Assembly (NCBI GenBank): GCA_943356775.1
Contig: CALRFU010000005.1
Span: forward strand, 11,671 to 75,670
Reading direction: 5' to 3'
DNA length: 64,000 bases
Origin: Candidatus Nomurabacteria bacterium
GTDB taxonomy: Bacteria; Patescibacteriota; Minisyncoccia; Phycocordibacterales; UBA2100
Part shown: positions 30,160 to 38,360 of the stretch, piece by piece
Numbering within the stretch: position 1 is the first letter of the stretch
Layout of the letters: every line of letters begins with the position of its first letter
Made by a program: the position numbers and the translations under genes
The notes under the pieces: model-generated
Database searches by the model: none
Seen by the model: the letters and a program-made list of their open reading frames with translations, nothing else
Told to the model about the DNA's origin: nothing

Positions 30160-30432
30160 TTAGAGCGACAAGAGATATTCGTCCATCTCTTTCGCGTTTT
30201 TAAAAGCGATCATGTTTTTGCCCGACTTTATATCCCGCATAGCTTCCTTGATCGCCTTCCGTGTTTCGGCATTTGGGATTTCCGGCCGTTCAAACACAAC
30301 GCGCTGATCAGTAACAAAATCCTTCAAGTATCGATTGATTATCGTCCCGAGTGGAAGACCAAGGTCACGTGCCACCTCTTGGGCCTTCTTTTTAAGTTTG
30401 GCGTCCGTTTTGACCGAAAGCATGGTCTTCAT
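30160..30432 (-). CDS. relB: Type II antitoxin, RelB/DinJ family
   Basis: MKTMLSVKTDAKLKKKAQEVARDLGLPLGTIINRYLKDFV..., a DinJ-like RHH N-terminus. Immediately upstream of and abutting the toxin gene. A TTGACG-N-TATATA promoter-like sequence lies at about 30440..30475. Confidence 0.7.
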   Translation of the reverse strand: MKTMLSVKTDAKLKKKAQEVARDLGLPLGTIINRYLKDFVTDQRVVFERPEIPNAETRKAIKEAMRDIKSGKNMIAFKNAKEMDEYLLSL

Positions 30433-30480
30433 ATATCCAAAGTATATACAAAGGATATTACGCGTCAAGCGTGCATAGTA

Positions 30481-31170
30481 TCACCACCCCTTGGCGATGA
30501 GGGCCTTTTGCGCTGCGTCCTGCTCCGCCTCTTGTTTGGACCGGCCTTCGCCTATCGCCAGCTTCTCGGTCCCTATAAACGCGCCGATGAGAAATACTTT
30601 GTCGTGGTCAGGTCCGGTCTGACTCATCACCTGATAGGTGGGCGTGATGCCGTTTTTTTCCTGGGCCACTTCCTGCAACTTGCTTTTGGCGTCCTGCCAG
30701 AGCCTGTTGGCAACGACGTCGTCGGTCTTATGAAAAAGCTGGTCTGCAATGAATTTTTTCGCCGTCTCATACCCTGAATCGAGATACAAAGCACCGATGA
30801 GTGCCTCAAACGCATTCGCAAGGATTATCAATCGCGCACGGCCCACGTCTTTCGATTCCCCCTTCGAGAGCATGAGGTATTCATTTATCCCAAGCTTCGT
30901 CCCCGCATCCGCGATACTCTGCGTATTCACGAGAGCCGCACGAAATGCGGTTAATTCTCCTTCCGGCTTCTCGGGATATTTTGCGTACAAAAATTCGGTG
31001 ACGACGAGTTCCAAGACAGCATCTCCGAGAAATTCGAGGCGCTCGTTGTGCTCACGGCCGGCAGCCCGGTTCTCGTTGAGATACGAACGATGCGTAAAAG
31101 CCGTCTCGAGCAGACGCTTATCGTTGAATGAGTATCCGAGCTTAGTCTCGAAGGCCGCGAGTTCCGCCAT
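30481..31170 (-). CDS. rnc: Ribonuclease III
   Basis: RNase III signature ERLEFLGDAVLELVVTEFLY and a C-terminal dsRBD. Confidence 0.93.
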   Translation of the reverse strand: MAELAAFETKLGYSFNDKRLLETAFTHRSYLNENRAAGREHNERLEFLGDAVLELVVTEFLYAKYPEKPEGELTAFRAALVNTQSIADAGTKLGINEYLMLSKGESKDVGRARLIILANAFEALIGALYLDSGYETAKKFIADQLFHKTDDVVANRLWQDAKSKLQEVAQEKNGITPTYQVMSQTGPDHDKVFLIGAFIGTEKLAIGEGRSKQEAEQDAAQKALIAKGW

Positions 31171-31172
31171 AG

Positions 31173-32126
31173 CTACTTTTTCTTACGCGGACGGGAAGGA
31201 GCCGCAGGCGTGTCGGGCTTTTCTTTTTGCGCGAGCACGTTGATGGCGGGGACAATTATTTTCAAAGTATCGTCGTACAGGTTCAAATCACCGACGGCGG
31301 AGAGTGGAAACCATTGCGCATCGTCGAGACCTCCGCTGCTTCCGAGTCTGATTTCTGAGAAAGGAGATTCGGCGAGGAAGTAGCTCACGCGCTTGCGCTT
31401 CTTGCCGCCTTCGACTTTTGAGTCATTGGCCACATATTCGTTGACGCCGAGTTCTTGGACAATTTTAATATCAAGCCCCATCTCTTCTTTTATTTCGCGA
31501 ATCGCACCAGTCTGCACGTCTTCACCTTCTTCTATCTTGCCTTTTGAGAGCGTCCAGTGACCGAAGATATCGTGGACAAATGCGAGATACGTCTCCCCTT
31601 CTGAACGTGCAAAAACGACAGCACCCGCCAAATGCTCTGTCGGCATTTTTACCGGCTTTTGTCCGACGTCTTTGCGGACGCCGCCCTCATTTTTGCCTGG
31701 CTCGCCAAGCTCGACGTACACAGCACCCAAGACGCCGTTTACGAATCGCCCCGAGGATTCACTGCCGAAAGATTTCGCAAGCTCTATTGCTTCATTGATA
31801 GCGACTTTTGCTGGCACTTGTGTGCGGTCCGAAAAGAGAAGCTCGGTGAGCCCGAGGCGCAGGACGTTGCGGTCGATTGCCGCGATGCGGTCTATCGGCC
31901 ACTCCGGTGCGGCACGCACAATGACTTCGTCTATTTCTTTTTGTTTGGCGACCGCAGTAGAAAGGAGTTCTTTCATGAACGGCATGTCAGAGTCGCGTGC
32001 GCCGAATTCTTTACCGTAATCGAGAAGCCGGGAGACTGCTTCGTCGCTTGTCATCTTGCCCTCCGAAGAGTCGCGCTCAAAGAGCACTTGGAGAACGACT
32101 GAACGAGCAAGGTGTCTATTTGCCAT
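31173..32126 (-). CDS. nusB: NusB-like antitermination domain fused to a C-terminal NUDIX hydrolase domain
   Basis: N-terminus has NusB motifs (ARSVVLQVLFERD...RIAAIDRNVLRLGLTELLF...VAINEAIELAKSFGSESSGRFVNGVLGAV). C-terminus has the Nudix box GKIEEGEDVQTGAIREIKEEMGL. Confidence 0.75.
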   Translation of the reverse strand: MANRHLARSVVLQVLFERDSSEGKMTSDEAVSRLLDYGKEFGARDSDMPFMKELLSTAVAKQKEIDEVIVRAAPEWPIDRIAAIDRNVLRLGLTELLFSDRTQVPAKVAINEAIELAKSFGSESSGRFVNGVLGAVYVELGEPGKNEGGVRKDVGQKPVKMPTEHLAGAVVFARSEGETYLAFVHDIFGHWTLSKGKIEEGEDVQTGAIREIKEEMGLDIKIVQELGVNEYVANDSKVEGGKKRKRVSYFLAESPFSEIRLGSSGGLDDAQWFPLSAVGDLNLYDDTLKIIVPAINVLAQKEKPDTPAAPSRPRKKK

Positions 32127-32268
32127 AATACAAGAGCTGCTTCACAAAGAAGTATACCCCATGAGATACCGACTTCAATTGCGCAAGGTGTTGATTAATA
32201 GATTGTGAGGATCGGCGTCGGATACAAAAATAAAAAACATCTCACGGGGCGAGCACAAAAAGGCGGGC

Positions 32269-32544
32269 TTAGACGGCCTGCGTGGTCTCTTTTTCTTTCG
32301 TCTCTTCGGATTGTCCGCTCGCGCGCAATTCGGTCTGCTTGCGCTTCTGGCGACGCGCGGTGCGCTTAGCGGCCGCGACAATATCGATAACTACTTTACC
32401 GTTGTACTTGCCGCACTCCGGACATGCGCGGTGAGACATGCGGGAAGCGCCACACTCGCATTTTGTGAGGCGTTGACCGGAAATAGCGTGATTGCTGCGC
32501 CGTTTTGCGGTCTGGGAACGATTCTTACGCATTCGTACTACCAT
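32269..32544 (-). CDS. rpmF: 50S ribosomal protein L32 with a C-terminal extension
   Basis: MRKNRSQTAKRRSNHAISGQRLTKCECGASRMSHRACPECGKYNGKVV matches the L32 zinc ribbon. The exact start is uncertain (MVVRM or MRKN). Confidence 0.8.
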   Translation of the reverse strand: MVVRMRKNRSQTAKRRSNHAISGQRLTKCECGASRMSHRACPECGKYNGKVVIDIVAAAKRTARRQKRKQTELRASGQSEETKEKETTQAV

Positions 32545-32555
32545 ATGTGGGAGGA

Positions 32556-33158
32556 TTATACAGACTTTGAGCCAACGTGCAATCTCGAACAGAATGTTGC
32601 GCGGTGTATCTCAGAGAGTCCGCAGCGGGCTATGACCGACAGGTGGGAGGCGGTGCCGTACCCTTTATGGACATGGAAATCGTATGCTGGGTACTTCGGC
32701 GAGAGCCGCTTCATCATTCTGTCCCGTGTGACCTTGGCCATAACGGATGCGAGTGAAATAGCGGGCTCGGTGTCGTCTCCACGGATAATTGTCTCCTGAT
32801 AGATGTACTCTTCCGGCGCCTTGAGGCTGCCGTCCAGCAGCACGCGACAGTCCGCGGGCGCAACTTCGAAGCGGGAAAGTGCTTCGGCGAGTGCGCGCTT
32901 GATGGCAGGCACGATTCCGTACGTATCAATATATGCGGCTGAGGACGTTGATACCGAGAAGCGGAGTGCGGACGTTTTTTCGAGCTCCCGCGTACGCTCA
33001 AATATTTCTTCGCGCACTTTTTCTGAAAGTTTCTTGGAGTCCCGGACGCCTTCTACGAGGCTCCAATCAAAATCTACCGGTACCAAGACCGCGCCGACAG
33101 AAACAGGCCCCGCGAGTGGTCCGCGCCCCGCTTCGTCAATACCTATGAGGTAATTCAT
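32556..33158 (-). CDS. rnhB: Ribonuclease HII
   Basis: GIDEAGRGPLAGPV...DSKKLS...LLDGS..., the RNase HII catalytic motifs. Confidence 0.9.
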   Translation of the reverse strand: MNYLIGIDEAGRGPLAGPVSVGAVLVPVDFDWSLVEGVRDSKKLSEKVREEIFERTRELEKTSALRFSVSTSSAAYIDTYGIVPAIKRALAEALSRFEVAPADCRVLLDGSLKAPEEYIYQETIIRGDDTEPAISLASVMAKVTRDRMMKRLSPKYPAYDFHVHKGYGTASHLSVIARCGLSEIHRATFCSRLHVGSKSV

Positions 33159-33518
33159 TTGTAAATCATAGCAAGAGAAGAGGCCACACGTGGGTGGCCT
33201 CTTCGGTAGCGACGTTTCAGACGTCAGTCAGATTGTGGATTGTCCTCCGGAGCGGATGGCCGTGTCGGCCCCGGGTATGGTCCCATTCGTGCAACCTCTT
33301 CACGTTCGCAGGCGGCCGCCGTTCTGGCCGATGCCTCATCCGCTAAAATGCCTTCTTCAAACTTTTTGCCCTTTGTCCGCCGCGACATTCGAAGTACTCC
33401 ATCGGATTCCGGCTCCGACTTTGTTGTTTGCGCATTATGCGCTTGGTAGCCAGACCGCACTGTAATTTGCAAAGAGCGTGTGGTCAATGTGGAAAACTCT
33501 CGATGATATACTCGACGT

Positions 33519-36500
33519 ATGTCACGCGCCGACTTCGTCCATCTCCATACCCACTCCCACTATTCTCTCCTTGAAGCACTCCCCAAAATCCCCGACCTCG
33601 TCGCCGCGGCGGCCAAAGACGGACAGACAGCACTCGCTTTGACCGACAACGGCAACCTCTACGGCGCGATAGATTTCTACAAAGAGTGCAAAGAAAATGC
33701 GCTCAAACCGATTATCGGCGTCGACTTCTACGTCGCGCCGCGTACGAGAGCGCAAAAAGAACATCGGATTGATGAACACACCTCTCGGCTCGTCTTGCTC
33801 GCCAAAGACGAGACAGGCTACCGCAACCTCATGCAGTTGGTCTCTAAGGCACATCTTGAAGGATTTTATTACCGCCCGCGCATCGACCATGAGCTCATTG
33901 AGGCGCACCGGGAGGGCCTGGTCGCTATACTTCCCTCTTTTGGCGGCGAACACGCGAAGCATCTTCGTGAAGGTAATTCCGGGAAAGCGCGGGAAACGCT
34001 CGATTGGCACAAACGGGTATACGGCGGCGACCTCTTCCTCGAAATTACCCGCCATCCGGAGATAGATGGGCACGAAAAAGAAATGCAGGCACTCATCGCG
34101 CTCGGACGTGAAGCGGAAGTCCCCCTCGTCGCCGCACAAGATACCTACTATCTGAAAAAGGAGGATGCGCTTGCGCGCGAACTCGTGCGAAAAATCCGCA
34201 GTGCGAGCGTTCTTAATCGCGACTTCGAGAACGGCGCGCCTGATTTCTCTTTTACCCCCTATGCTCGGATGCAAGAACTTTTCAAAGATATCCCGGAAGC
34301 GTTGGGGAATACCGGACGCATAGCCGACAGATGCAATCTTGAACTGAAGCTCGGTACCTGGGTATTTCCCGCTTTTCCTATACCCCAAGGAAGCACCGCC
34401 AACGCCGAGCTCCGCGCGCTGGCCGAAAAAGGTTTCCAGACCCGTGGAATCGCCGAGTCCAAAGAGAACAAAGAACGCGTCGAGTATGAACTCTCTATCA
34501 TCGGGAGCAAGGGGTATTCGCCCTATTTTCTCGTCGTCGCCGACCTCCTGCGTCACGCCCGCGAAAAGGGTATTCTCACCAACACAAGAGGAAGTGCCGC
34601 GGGCTCTCTCGTCTCATACCTCTCCGGAATCACCACGGTGAACCCTATCGAATATCAATTGCCGTTCGAGCGCTTCCTGAATCCCGAGCGCCCCAGCCCG
34701 CCTGATATCGACATGGACCTCGCCGACAATCGGCGCGATGAACTCATCGCATATGTGCGTGGAAAATACGGCGAGGACAAGGTCGCGCAAATCGGAACTT
34801 TCGGCACCATGATGGCGCGCGCGGCGGTGCGCGACGTCTCCCGCGCACTCGGACATCCGTACAGTCTCGGCGACACGATTGCGAAGCTCATTCCTTTCGG
34901 CAAACAAGGATTCCCCGTAACGATTCAAAGCGCATTGAAAGAAACACCGGAGTTGGACGAACTGTATAAAAACAACGCGGATGCGCGCGAGGTCCTCGAC
35001 CTCGCACAAAAGGTTGAAGGCAATGCACGGCACGTCGGCGTCCACGCCGCCGGAGTGGTCATCGCTCCGACCGCCGTTACGGATTACTCCCCCATCCAAA
35101 TTGACCCAAAAGGAAATCACATCATTACGCAGTACGATATGTATGCGATTGAAGAGGCGGGCTTACTCAAATTCGACTTTCTTGGTCTCACCAACCTCTC
35201 GGTCCTCGCAGATGCCGTCGCGCGCGTGCAAGACCGACTCAATGTGGCGGTCGACCTCGACACACTCCCACTCGATGATGCAAAAACATTCGAACTCCTT
35301 TCTCGTGGCGAGACGCTCGGAGTCTTCCAACTCGCAGGTGGTGGCATGACGGCTTACCTCGTAGACCTGAAGCCCACGACGATTCACGATATCAACGCGA
35401 TGGTTGCGCTCTACCGCCCGGGTCCGATGGCTTTTATTCCTGCGTACATCGAACGCAAGAAAAATCCAAAACTCGTGGAGTACCTCGACCCGCGCATGGA
35501 GGCAATTCTCAAAAATTCATACGGGGTTATCACCTACCAGGACGACGTCTTGGCACTCGCGATAAATATAGCCGGATACTCCTGGCTCGAAGCCGACAAA
35601 TTCCGTAAAGCGATGGGAAAAAAGATTCCGAAGGAAATGGCCGCGCAAAAGGCAATCTTTATAAAAGGCTGCGTTGCGGGAGGAATGAAGAAAGACGCCG
35701 TGCAAAAACTGTGGGAACAGATAGAAACATTCGCCGCATACGGATTCAACAAAGCGCACGCAGCGAGCTACGGCAACCTTGCCTATAAGACCGCATATAT
35801 GAAAGCCAATTTCCCCGTCGATTACATGTCTGCGGTACTCACCGCCGACGCGGGCGATGTGGAGAAAATCTCTGAAGTCGTTGCCGAATGTAAGCGCATG
35901 GGCATCGAAGTTCTTCCTCCTTCCATCAACGAGAGCAAAGGCAACTTCACCGTTATTAATGAAAAATCTATCCGCTTCGGACTGTATTCAATAAAAAACT
36001 TTGGTGTGGGTGTGGGCGACTCCATCATTGCCGCACGAGAATCAGCCGGACCATTCGTCGATATTGCAGATTTTCTTTCGCGCATCCCCGATAAGAATTT
36101 GAATAAGAAATCCCTCGAATCCTTGATTCAGTGCGGTGCACTCGACCAGCTCGGCGAGCGCGGCTCTCTCATGCACAATTCCGAGCTTCTACTCGGATTC
36201 CATCGTGAGAAAACAAAAGGTCCAATCGACCAAGGTTCGCTCTTTTCCTCGACTGCGCTCGGAACAAGTGGCACCCCCACACTACGCCTTCCTCCGGCGC
36301 CGGAGGCGACACTCGATGAACGCTTGATATGGGAAAAAGAATTGCTCGGCCTGTATATCTCCGGACACCCGCTCGACAAACACAAGAGCAAATTCAACGA
36401 CGAAAAAAAGAGTATCAAGTACGCCAAAGAACATCACAGGGGTGTCGAGACCGTCATCGCGGGATTCGTGGAAAGCTCCCGTATCAACATGACGAAAAAC

Positions 36501-36686
36501 GGAGAAAAGATGGCATTTATCAAACTCGCGGACTTTTCAGATTCAATTGAGATAGTCGTCTTCCCGCGTACATTCAAAGAAAGCGAGAGCATCCTTGCAC
36601 CCGGCCTATGTGTCGCGGTCAAAGGAAGAGTTTCGGAGCGAAACGGCGAAATCAGCTTCGTCGTTGAGCGCGCAAAAGCCCTGTGA
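33519..36686 (+). CDS. dnaE: DNA polymerase III alpha subunit DnaE (compact 1055 aa)
   Basis: PHP domain start FVHLHTHSHYSLLEAL, polymerase core, and a C-terminal OB-like region. Confidence 0.93.
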   Translation: MSRADFVHLHTHSHYSLLEALPKIPDLVAAAAKDGQTALALTDNGNLYGAIDFYKECKENALKPIIGVDFYVAPRTRAQKEHRIDEHTSRLVLLAKDETGYRNLMQLVSKAHLEGFYYRPRIDHELIEAHREGLVAILPSFGGEHAKHLREGNSGKARETLDWHKRVYGGDLFLEITRHPEIDGHEKEMQALIALGREAEVPLVAAQDTYYLKKEDALARELVRKIRSASVLNRDFENGAPDFSFTPYARMQELFKDIPEALGNTGRIADRCNLELKLGTWVFPAFPIPQGSTANAELRALAEKGFQTRGIAESKENKERVEYELSIIGSKGYSPYFLVVADLLRHAREKGILTNTRGSAAGSLVSYLSGITTVNPIEYQLPFERFLNPERPSPPDIDMDLADNRRDELIAYVRGKYGEDKVAQIGTFGTMMARAAVRDVSRALGHPYSLGDTIAKLIPFGKQGFPVTIQSALKETPELDELYKNNADAREVLDLAQKVEGNARHVGVHAAGVVIAPTAVTDYSPIQIDPKGNHIITQYDMYAIEEAGLLKFDFLGLTNLSVLADAVARVQDRLNVAVDLDTLPLDDAKTFELLSRGETLGVFQLAGGGMTAYLVDLKPTTIHDINAMVALYRPGPMAFIPAYIERKKNPKLVEYLDPRMEAILKNSYGVITYQDDVLALAINIAGYSWLEADKFRKAMGKKIPKEMAAQKAIFIKGCVAGGMKKDAVQKLWEQIETFAAYGFNKAHAASYGNLAYKTAYMKANFPVDYMSAVLTADAGDVEKISEVVAECKRMGIEVLPPSINESKGNFTVINEKSIRFGLYSIKNFGVGVGDSIIAARESAGPFVDIADFLSRIPDKNLNKKSLESLIQCGALDQLGERGSLMHNSELLLGFHREKTKGPIDQGSLFSSTALGTSGTPTLRLPPAPEATLDERLIWEKELLGLYISGHPLDKHKSKFNDEKKSIKYAKEHHRGVETVIAGFVESSRINMTKNGEKMAFIKLADFSDSIEIVVFPRTFKESESILAPGLCVAVKGRVSERNGEISFVVERAKAL

Positions 36687-36699
36687 GTATCCGTTGACA

Positions 36700-36900
36700 C
36701 CGAAGCTGCAGAACGCTAGGATGGACGCATCAGAGATTGCTCCGGCTACGAACCGGAGGCCTGCTAAAAACGGGAGCGAAAGCCTAATCTGAAGAGAAAA
36801 AGTGCCCTTCGGGGAAACTAGGTGGGACCGCGGTTCAAGTGAAATCGCCCTAGTGAGTGTACGAACCTTTCGTACGTTCACTCGGGCGCTTTTTATTATC
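36700..36900 (+). promoter_or_regulatory. T-box riboswitch leader (Thr) upstream of thrS
   Basis: aaactaggtgggaccgcgg at 36816..36832 matches the T-box consensus AAUUAGGGUGGNACCGCGG. It is followed by a roughly 20-bp-stem terminator (cgccctagtgagtgtacgaa / ttcgtacgttcactcgggcg) plus cttttt. An ACC Thr codon is present in the candidate specifier region (gaACCgg). Confidence 0.6.
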
Positions 36901-36962
36901 CAATTAATTGATTGACGGCCGCGTAACAATTGACGCCACGCGGCATGATTTCGCAAAATCAC

Positions 36963-38207
36963 ATGGCTAACGAACCTCAGGCAGACGCGAACGAGCGCGA
37001 CCATAAGAAGCTGGGTAAGGAACTCGACCTCTTTACCTTCTCCGACTCCGTCGGCAAAGGACTTCCCCTCTGGACGCCGAAAGGTTCTGCAATCCGCCGC
37101 GAGCTCGAGCGTTTCATCGTTGATGAAGAGATCCGGCGCGGCTACCAGCACGTCTACACACCGGACATCGCAAAGCTCGATCTCTACCGCAAATCCGGAC
37201 ACTATCCGCACTACAAGGATTCGATGTATGCACCGATTGTTATCGACGAGGAGGAATTCATGCTCCGCCCGATGACCTGCCCGCACCACTTCGAGCTCTA
37301 CCTCGACAAGCCGCACAGCTACCGCGAATTGCCGATGCGCATCGCGGAGCTCGCCAAACTCTACCGCTACGAGCAATCAGGAGAATTGATGGGTCTGCAG
37401 CGCGTGCGCTCGTTCTGCCTCGCCGACGCACACATCATCTGTGCTTCCGAAGAACAGGCCGCCGACGAAGTATCCAAGGCGCTTGACCTCATCGTCTACG
37501 TCGCGAGCGTCTTCGGCCTCATACAAGGTGAGAACTATCACTTCCGCCTCTCGCTCGGAGACCGCACCAACACCGAGAAGTACTACAAAAACGATGCAGC
37601 ATGGGAGAAAGGTGAAAAACTTTTGCGCGAACTCCTGGAAAAGCGCGGCGAGAAATTCGAAGAAGCAAAAGACGAAGCGGCTTTCTATGGCCCGAAGATA
37701 GACATCCAGATGAAAAATGTGAATGGCAAAGAAGATACGGCCTTTACCGTGCAATACGACTTCTGCATGCCGGAACGTTTTAATCTCACCTATACGGGAG
37801 CAGACGGAGCCCAGCACCGGGCATTTGTCGTCCACCGCTCATCCATCGGGGCAATCGAGCGCATCGTTGCCTTCCTCATCGAACACTACGCGGGCAACTT
37901 CCCCCTCTGGCTCTCTCCTGTGCAAGCAAAAATCCTTCCAGTGTCCGAGAAGCACGCTGCATACGCACAAGAAATCCTCGAGCAATTCCGTGCGGCCGAT
38001 ATCCGCGTCGAGCTCAGCGCCGATGATTCACTCGGCAAGCGCATCCGTGGTGCAAAGATGGAAAAGGTCCCCTACGTGCTCGTCGTCGGAGATGCCGAGG
38101 TAGAAGCGAAGACGGCTACGCTCGAAGGCCGCGCCGGAAAGATAGGCGCACTCCCTGTTGCTGACATCATCGCGAGACTGAAAGAAGAAATCCGAACTCA
38201 CCAATAA
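36963..38207 (+). CDS. thrS: Threonyl-tRNA synthetase, catalytic and anticodon-binding domains only (no N-terminal editing domain)
   Basis: Class II aaRS motifs (LWTPKGSAIRRELERF, FMLRPMTCPHH, RVRSFCLADAHIICA, QYDFCMPERFNLTY). Only about 415 aa versus about 640 aa for the canonical enzyme. Confidence 0.9.
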   Translation: MANEPQADANERDHKKLGKELDLFTFSDSVGKGLPLWTPKGSAIRRELERFIVDEEIRRGYQHVYTPDIAKLDLYRKSGHYPHYKDSMYAPIVIDEEEFMLRPMTCPHHFELYLDKPHSYRELPMRIAELAKLYRYEQSGELMGLQRVRSFCLADAHIICASEEQAADEVSKALDLIVYVASVFGLIQGENYHFRLSLGDRTNTEKYYKNDAAWEKGEKLLRELLEKRGEKFEEAKDEAAFYGPKIDIQMKNVNGKEDTAFTVQYDFCMPERFNLTYTGADGAQHRAFVVHRSSIGAIERIVAFLIEHYAGNFPLWLSPVQAKILPVSEKHAAYAQEILEQFRAADIRVELSADDSLGKRIRGAKMEKVPYVLVVGDAEVEAKTATLEGRAGKIGALPVADIIARLKEEIRTHQ

Positions 38208-38224
38208 TCTCCCCGAATTACTCA

Positions 38225-38262
38225 ATACATAATAAGCATGCGACCGCATGCTTATTATGTAT
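38225..38262. repeat. 38-bp perfect palindrome (18-bp arms, 2-nt centre)
   Basis: ATACATAATAAGCATGCG-AC-CGCATGCTTATTATGTAT, in the thrS / surface-protein intergenic region. Confidence 0.85.
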
Positions 38263-38302
38263 GTGCGAAAACAGAACTTATTGATGTCTCGGAGAGAAAT
38301 AA

Positions 38303-38336
38303 CAAAAACTCCCCCGTTCGGGGGAGTTTTTGTTTT
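38303..38336. terminator. Bidirectional rho-independent terminator
   Basis: aaaaactcccccg-ttc-gggggagttttt with an A-run upstream and a T-run downstream, between convergent genes. Confidence 0.75.
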
Positions 38337-38360
38337 CACCTTGGAGCGTCGGGCGGCGGG

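Noticed and set aside
30160-30468. Longer 102-aa version of the relB ORF starting at MTRNILCIYFGY
   Set aside because: The N-terminal 12 codons precede the conserved DinJ-like start and overlap the promoter-like TTGACG/TATATA. An internal Met (MKTM) is the more plausible start.
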